Under the pieces are notes generated by a model. It was not told the DNA's origin. It searched no databases and saw nothing but the letters and a program-made list of their open reading frames with translations. This document shows, one piece after another, positions 58,691-64,000 of a stretch of 64,000 bases of DNA (within the stretch, counting starts at the first letter, position 1; each line of letters begins with the position of its first letter). Location: the NCBI GenBank assembly GCA_963760795.1, contig CAVXEP010000021.1, forward strand, positions 1-64,000, given 5' to 3'. Source of the DNA: an uncultured delta proteobacterium. Lineage in GTDB: Bacteria; Desulfobacterota; Binatia; UBA9968. A program made the translations under genes and the position numbers.

Positions 58691-59818
58691 TTAGAGTCTG
58701 AAGCGGCGCGCAAAGATATCGGGCTTGCCCTCGCGGGTCGACACCCAGACCATCAAATACTCGCCGGATTGCCGGGTCGGCACGATCTTCGCCGAATAGT
58801 CGCTGGACTCCGATCGGGTTAACTGGAACACATGCGATGATGGCGAGGTGATGCTGCGCGCTAAGATGTCGCCACGCACGCCGGTGCGTCCGGAAGTCCA
58901 ACTGACAAAAACTTGCCCTTTGTCGGGGTCTTGGAAAACCGCCGGCAGGATGTCGACAAACTTATTGTCGGGATCGCCGAAGGACGACACCACCGGCGCC
59001 GACCAGACCACGGCGTCGCGCGAAGTAGACAGGACCACATCGGAGCTGCGGTCCTTGTGCAACTCGAGCATCGCCGAGCCGCGCCGATAACGGGTCCAGA
59101 CAAGGTAATGCTCGCCGCTCGGCGCTTGCAGAGCGTGGGGAAAGTCATCTTCCTCGGAGCTGCGCGTCACTTGGTCCGGCGACAGCCAGGTCTTACCGCC
59201 GTCAAGCGAGCGGGTCATCCAAATGTCGCGGCTGCCCGAACGGCGCGACGACCACAGGATCCGCAAGACACCCTTGGCGTCCTCATAAATCGTCGGTGCC
59301 CAATCGATGCCTCGGTTCGTGATCGACTGCGGCTTTTCCCACGTTCGCCCGTCGCGCGACGCGGTATACCAAACATCGGTGCGGCCTTCTTTTCGTTGTA
59401 GTTGGCACCAGACTAGGTGAAATCTACCATCGCGCGTCTGCATCAGCGACGGATAATAATCCTCGGCGGGAACATCATGGATGCGCCGCTCGTCGGACCA
59501 AGTGCGGCCGTCCGCCGAACTACTGATGTACAGATCCACCCGGCCGCGCTGTTTTGAAGACCAGACCACATAGAACCGTCCATCCCGCGCCAGAATCATG
59601 CTCGGGTCTTCGTTTTCCTCCGGGCTGCGGCTCACCCGCACCGGCGCGGACAATACCGGGTCGGCGATCGCCCCAGTATCGAAAACAATCTGCGGTTGGG
59701 ACTGCGGCAAATGCAGCAGCTGTGGTAGCTGTTCACAGCTGGCCAGCAAGAATCCGAGTAGCAGGGTGGTCGTGGCGAAAATTCGCTGAGGCAATTTGTC
59801 GGTTAATTCTTCGATCAA
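58691..59818 (-). CDS. BNR/Asp-box (sialidase-like beta-propeller) lipoprotein
   Basis: Lipobox LASC; Asp-boxes SADGRTW, SRDGRTW, SLDGGKTW and SRDAVVW. Confidence 0.8.
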   Translation of the reverse strand: MIEELTDKLPQRIFATTTLLLGFLLASCEQLPQLLHLPQSQPQIVFDTGAIADPVLSAPVRVSRSPEENEDPSMILARDGRFYVVWSSKQRGRVDLYISSSADGRTWSDERRIHDVPAEDYYPSLMQTRDGRFHLVWCQLQRKEGRTDVWYTASRDGRTWEKPQSITNRGIDWAPTIYEDAKGVLRILWSSRRSGSRDIWMTRSLDGGKTWLSPDQVTRSSEEDDFPHALQAPSGEHYLVWTRYRRGSAMLELHKDRSSDVVLSTSRDAVVWSAPVVSSFGDPDNKFVDILPAVFQDPDKGQVFVSWTSGRTGVRGDILARSITSPSSHVFQLTRSESSDYSAKIVPTRQSGEYLMVWVSTREGKPDIFARRFRL

Positions 59819-60381
59819 GGTTTTATCTCCTCAAAGTCCCGCTCGGCGCAGGTCGGCTCGACATCATAGCCAAGATAGAAATAGCGCGGCCAAATCTCTT
59901 GCTCCTTCAGTTGGGTCCCCGACCAGCCCTTCGGTACTCGTGCATGAGCGAAAAACAAGATCGCGATTGGCGAAACGAGTTTTCACTTCCGCGCCGGCCA
60001 CCCGCAACCCGATCGCTCGGCCGATCAGCGCGAAATAGATCCTGTCGATATCAAGCTTACCCGCGTCCAGCTGATAGACCGAATCGGTAACCTGCCGATT
60101 GGTTTCGTCACAAGGTGCCGCCAGCTTCGCCGTGATCTTGCCGCGGCGTATCTCCGGCTCACGCCGCTCACCTTCAACCGGAACCCAGATAAGCACGATC
60201 TCCTGGCCCAGCTTAAGCGCGCCGTTGGCGATCGACAGACAAAACTTGCCATGTGAATTGGCCGCAAACAAACCGATATGCCGCGACCAGTCGATGGTCG
60301 CATCTTGCCTTGGTTGCGCGGCAATCCCCTGGCTCAGGTCTACTGCCCAGAGCAAAGCCAGGCGGCGACCCGCGTAATCAT
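59815..60381 (-). pseudogene. Secreted hypothetical protein, frameshifted twice
   Basis: ATG 60381 is out of frame with ORF 59864..60355. After CTSTEGL another frame reads WSGTQLKEQEIWPRYFYLGYDVEPTC..KP, with its stop overlapping the next start (TTGA). Confidence 0.55.
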
Positions 60382-60489
60382 ACCAGTCCAGCGAGAGTTC
60401 AAATCACGCCTAATATATCATGACTTTCACAGAGTGGCGTATTCTGATCATAAGTTGGTTTCCGTCGCCGGTTTGGTTAAAAAGCAACT

Positions 60490-61497
60490 ATGTTAGCCAT
60501 GGTTCTCGACAATCCCGGCAAACCGCTACGCACAACGGCGGTCGTCACACCACATCCCGGCCCAGGCCAACTGTTGATCCATGTCCACGCCTGCGCCGTC
60601 TGCCGCACCGATCTGCACATTGTCGACGGCGAATTGACGCAAGCCAAACTGCCGCTCATCCCCGGCCATGAGATCGTCGGCAAAGTGGCGCAACTGGGCG
60701 ATGGCGTCAGTCAATTTAAAATCGGCGACCGCGTCGGCGTACCTTGGTTGGGCTGGACCTGCGGCACCTGTTCGTATTGCCGAAATGGCCAGGAAAATCT
60801 CTGCGACCATGGCAAATTCACCGGCTATACCATCGACGGCGGCTACGCTGAATACACCGTCGCCGATCAGCGCTTCTGCTTGCCAATGCCCGGCGGCTAT
60901 AGCGACACTGAAGCCGCGCCGTTGCTGTGCGCCGGACTGATCGGCTATCGCAGTCTGGTCAAAGCCGGCAACGGCAAACGCTTGGGCATCTATGGCTTCG
61001 GCGCCGCCGCACATATCATCGCCCAAGTGGCGCGCTATCAGCAACGCGAGATCTACGCCTTCACCCGGCCCGGCGATGAAGCAGGCCAGCAATTTGCCAT
61101 GAGTTTAGGCGCGGTTTGGGCCGGCGGTTCGAACCAAACACCGCCAGAGAAACTCGATGCCGCAGTCATCTTCGCCCCGGCAGGTGAATTAGTTCCTCAA
61201 GCTCTGCAAGCAGTCAACAAAGGCGGCATCGTCGTCTGCGGCGGCATCCACATGAGCGACATTCCGTCATTTCCATACTCCAACCTCTGGGAAGAACGCA
61301 CGGTAACATCCGTCGCCAACTTAACCCGCCGCGACGGTGCAGAGTTCATGGCGCTAGCGCCACAAGTGCCGGTGCGCACAGAAGTAGAGACTTTTCCGCT
61401 GGAAGCAGCCAACGAAGCGTTACATCGACTGCGTAGCGGAAAGATTACAGGCGCGGCGGTGCTGATGACGGCCGCAGGTATTGCTGAAGCGGTGTGA
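60490..61497 (+). CDS. Zinc-dependent alcohol dehydrogenase
   Basis: CAVCRTDLH, PGHEIVG, CGTCSYC..ENLC, APLLCAG and GIYGFGAA. Confidence 0.93.
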   Translation: MLAMVLDNPGKPLRTTAVVTPHPGPGQLLIHVHACAVCRTDLHIVDGELTQAKLPLIPGHEIVGKVAQLGDGVSQFKIGDRVGVPWLGWTCGTCSYCRNGQENLCDHGKFTGYTIDGGYAEYTVADQRFCLPMPGGYSDTEAAPLLCAGLIGYRSLVKAGNGKRLGIYGFGAAAHIIAQVARYQQREIYAFTRPGDEAGQQFAMSLGAVWAGGSNQTPPEKLDAAVIFAPAGELVPQALQAVNKGGIVVCGGIHMSDIPSFPYSNLWEERTVTSVANLTRRDGAEFMALAPQVPVRTEVETFPLEAANEALHRLRSGKITGAAVLMTAAGIAEAV

Positions 61498-61498
61498 C

Positions 61499-62428
61499 TC
61501 AGACTTCCGTCTGCAACGGCACGATCACTTCCCGCGCTAGGATTTTCACCTGTTCGCGCCAACTGTCGAACGGTCCACAGGGACGCATCACGAATTTGGT
61601 CGCGCCGGCGGCAATATAGGCTTGAACTCTGGCGCGGACTTGATCGGGTGTGCCAAAGGCGGTGAATTCACTTGTCGGCAAATCAGCGCGTGGGCGCATG
61701 GAACGGCCGCCGACCTCGGTGGCTTTCGCGCTATCGTCAGCGAAGTAAAAAGGAATCAGCACGCCATAGTGATCCTCTTCGACTTGTCGGCCTGCATCGG
61801 CAGCGTAGCGGCGAATCGATTCAATCCCTCGTTCCACTTCGCCAGCGGAAACTGACGAGACTAGCCAGCCGTCGCCCAATCTTCCCGTTCTTCTAAGCGC
61901 CGCTTCGCTGCGCCCGCCGATCCAGATCGGCGGCCCCTTTTTCTGCCAAGGCCGCGGCATGATCGTGACGTCTTGGAGTGAAAAGTATTTACCGGTGAAT
62001 GTGACGTTCTCTTCAGTCCACAAGCGCCGCATAAGTAGGATCATTTCGTCGGTTCGTCCTGCCCGCGTCTTATGATCGACGCCGACGGCTTGCAAGTCTT
62101 TGGATTCTTCGCCGCCGAGACCGATGGCTGGAAACAATCTTCCTTGGGAGAGAAAATCCAGCGTCGCGAGTTCTTTAGCGAGGACGATGGGATTGCGCGT
62201 CGGCAGCACCAGTGTGCTGGTGCCGAACTTCATCTTGCGCAGCCGGCCGGCGACATAGGAGAGAAACGTGATCGGTTCGAGGGTTAACGCCGACGAGACC
62301 AGCCGGTCGCTCACCCAGATGGAGTCGACGTCAAGCGCTTCGAAGTAGTCGACCAGATCGAGCACCGCCTCGGGCCGGATGTCGCGGCTCGGCCACTGGC
62401 CGAGCTGTATCCCGATGCGGACTTTCAT
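61499..62428 (-). CDS. LLM class flavin-dependent oxidoreductase
   Basis: SIWVSDR, RNPIVLAKELATLDFLSQGR, PPIWIGGRS and GDGW. Confidence 0.92.
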   Translation of the reverse strand: MKVRIGIQLGQWPSRDIRPEAVLDLVDYFEALDVDSIWVSDRLVSSALTLEPITFLSYVAGRLRKMKFGTSTLVLPTRNPIVLAKELATLDFLSQGRLFPAIGLGGEESKDLQAVGVDHKTRAGRTDEMILLMRRLWTEENVTFTGKYFSLQDVTIMPRPWQKKGPPIWIGGRSEAALRRTGRLGDGWLVSSVSAGEVERGIESIRRYAADAGRQVEEDHYGVLIPFYFADDSAKATEVGGRSMRPRADLPTSEFTAFGTPDQVRARVQAYIAAGATKFVMRPCGPFDSWREQVKILAREVIVPLQTEV

Positions 62429-62437
62429 AAAGTAAAA

Positions 62438-63436
62438 TTACTTTTCGTAGAGTTTTTTAATAAAGCCGCTCTTGTCCAGTTCTTCGACGAAACTGGCGTC
62501 GATAAACTCTTCGGGCTTGTGCTTATAAATATCCGGCCGGGTCGCCGCGACATACTCGTAGCTGGTCTTCATGCCTTTAATGTTTGGATAGGGCGCGGCT
62601 ATGCGGTGCTTGGCAAATAGCTCCCAGGATTCTTGGGCCATCGCATCGTCGTTCAAGCGCAGCATTTTTTTGATCACGCGTTTGCCCAACTCCGGTTCTT
62701 GCTTGAAGCGGGCGATGCCCTCGACGTGAGCGCGCATGTAACGCATCACCAAGTCACGGTCTTGCTTGATCTGCGTGCGCGTGGTGGCGATCTCGCTCCA
62801 CGGATAATCGACCTCCTTGAAAAAATCCCACAGGACGTGAAAGCCGGCGCGCTGGGCAAAGAAATAATTAGGATGCGACAAGGTCGCCATCGGAATTCGC
62901 CCCTGCTGCATGGCGATGAACCGGTCGCTGTCGGAACCGATCTGCAGCATGGCGAAGTCTTTGTCCGGATTGAGCCCCTTTTGTTTGGCCAGATACTTGA
63001 CGAGAAAATCCGTGAGCGAACCGAAGGTGGTCACGCCGATGGTCTTGCCCTTGATGTCTTCGGTGCGCTTGATGTCCGAGCGTGCCATCAAGTACTGAAT
63101 GACGCCTGGCATGGTGTGTGCCAAGATTACCATGTCGGAACCGGCGAGCACCGAGCTCATCACCGTCGGCGTGGCGATCGGCGAGATTTGCACGCTGCCG
63201 GAGATCAACGCCTTCGAAGCGATGCCCGAACCGGCCACCGCCACCGGCTCGACATCGAGGCCATACTTCTCGAAAATTTTCGCTTCTTTGGTGAAATAAA
63301 TGACGATGTTGCCCATGCTGATAGCGGGCACGCCGACTTGAACTTTCTTGAGCCCGCGGGACTGTGCGATGAGCGTGGATGGAAGGGTGAATAGACTCGC
63401 CAGCAAAAGCGCCGGCCACATACGCCGTAGATTCAT
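62438..63436 (-). CDS. NitT/TauT-type ABC substrate-binding protein
   Basis: FEKYGLDVE, IKGKTIGVTTFGS and ELDKSGFIKKLY. Confidence 0.9.
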   Translation of the reverse strand: MNLRRMWPALLLASLFTLPSTLIAQSRGLKKVQVGVPAISMGNIVIYFTKEAKIFEKYGLDVEPVAVAGSGIASKALISGSVQISPIATPTVMSSVLAGSDMVILAHTMPGVIQYLMARSDIKRTEDIKGKTIGVTTFGSLTDFLVKYLAKQKGLNPDKDFAMLQIGSDSDRFIAMQQGRIPMATLSHPNYFFAQRAGFHVLWDFFKEVDYPWSEIATTRTQIKQDRDLVMRYMRAHVEGIARFKQEPELGKRVIKKMLRLNDDAMAQESWELFAKHRIAAPYPNIKGMKTSYEYVAATRPDIYKHKPEEFIDASFVEELDKSGFIKKLYEK

Positions 63437-63496
63437 AATTCAAACCTCCGTCGAAATGGCTATCTTTAGTGGCATTTAGTCCCGCCTTGAATGGCT

Positions 63497-64000
63497 TGTC
63501 AATGTTCGTTCTCGGCGTGTTGTAGCAAAGTGATTCTGTCAGGGGTTAATGGCAACGTAATTATGTCAGGGTGTGGGGATGACAACCCTGACGATGAAAG
63601 ACGAGAAGCGGCTAGAGGTAATACAAAGAGTGTTTCGAGGCGAGCTGACGGTGGGCAAGCCGCACTGGTGATGGGAGTCAGCGAGCGGCAGTGTTACCGG
63701 ATCAAAGCACGGGTCGGAAAGCAGGAGCCAAGGGAGTGGTTCACGGCAATCGGGGACGGCCGTGTAAGCGCAAGATCAAGGAGAAGACGGTCAAGCGGGT
63801 AGTGGAGTTAGCCCGAGGGGAAGTACCGGGGCTTTAACGATCACCATCTGACCGAGAAGCTAAAGGAGCAAGAAAAGATCGAGCTCAGTCGAGAGAAAGT
63901 GCGGCGGATTCTTCGCTCTCAGGGGATCGCATCCCCCAAGAAAGAGACGAGGGCTCAAGCATCGAAGCCGCCGAGAGAGAAGGGCGGCCGAGGGGATGAT
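63497..64000 (+). mobile_element. Left end of an ISNCY/IS1202-like insertion sequence
   Basis: Begins TGT; subterminal repeats TGTCAGGG near 63537 and 63564; abrupt purine-rich composition; contains the transposase 5' end. Exact end inferred. Confidence 0.75.
63579..64000 (+). pseudogene. ISNCY/IS1202-type DDE transposase, N-terminal part, about 4 frameshifts, truncated by the window edge
   Basis: The joined frames read MTTLTMKDEKRLEVIQRV..AALVMGVSERQCYRIKAR..GVVHGNRGR..YRGFNDHHLTEKL..SREKVRRILR..KHRSRRERRAAEGM. Confidence 0.85.

Noticed and set aside
63440-63575. dif/xrs (XerCD) site next to the IS1202-like element
   Set aside because: TTATGTCAGG resembles a XerD arm but lies inside the element and lacks an XerC arm with a 6-bp spacer.

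Overview
GC-rich bacterial chromosomal region. The gene style (very many orphan solute-binding proteins, amidohydrolases, LLM, MmgE/PrpD and CoA-transferase genes) is reminiscent of Candidatus Binatia/deltaproteobacterial soil MAGs; this placement is inference. It holds about 50 CDS, mostly for catabolism and transport: 16 substrate-binding proteins, two DppB/C permease pairs and no ABC ATPase. It also carries ptsP, aat, an M16 peptidase pair, an OafA-type acyltransferase, a Tat-exported Mo-hydroxylase large subunit bracketed by a 200-bp direct repeat, and the left end of an ISNCY/IS1202-like element at the right edge. At least 11 small frameshifts suggest long-read indel errors. I found no rRNA, tRNA or CRISPR array. 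The best candidate for an undescribed system is a self-contained three-gene unit (about 24.5-27.4 kb): a short BoxB-like diiron aryl-CoA epoxidase, a thioredoxin-like [2Fe-2S] ferredoxin and a divergent stand-alone NuoF-type flavoprotein. It has its own sigma70 promoter, a perfect PaaR-type operator palindrome and a terminator, suggesting an epoxidase fed by a complex-I-like diaphorase instead of BoxA/PaaE. Also notable are a dispersed TIR-bounded foldable element (2 copies), 7-8-nt tandem repeat arrays at gene junctions, and a split HTTM/SdpAB-like gene pair.
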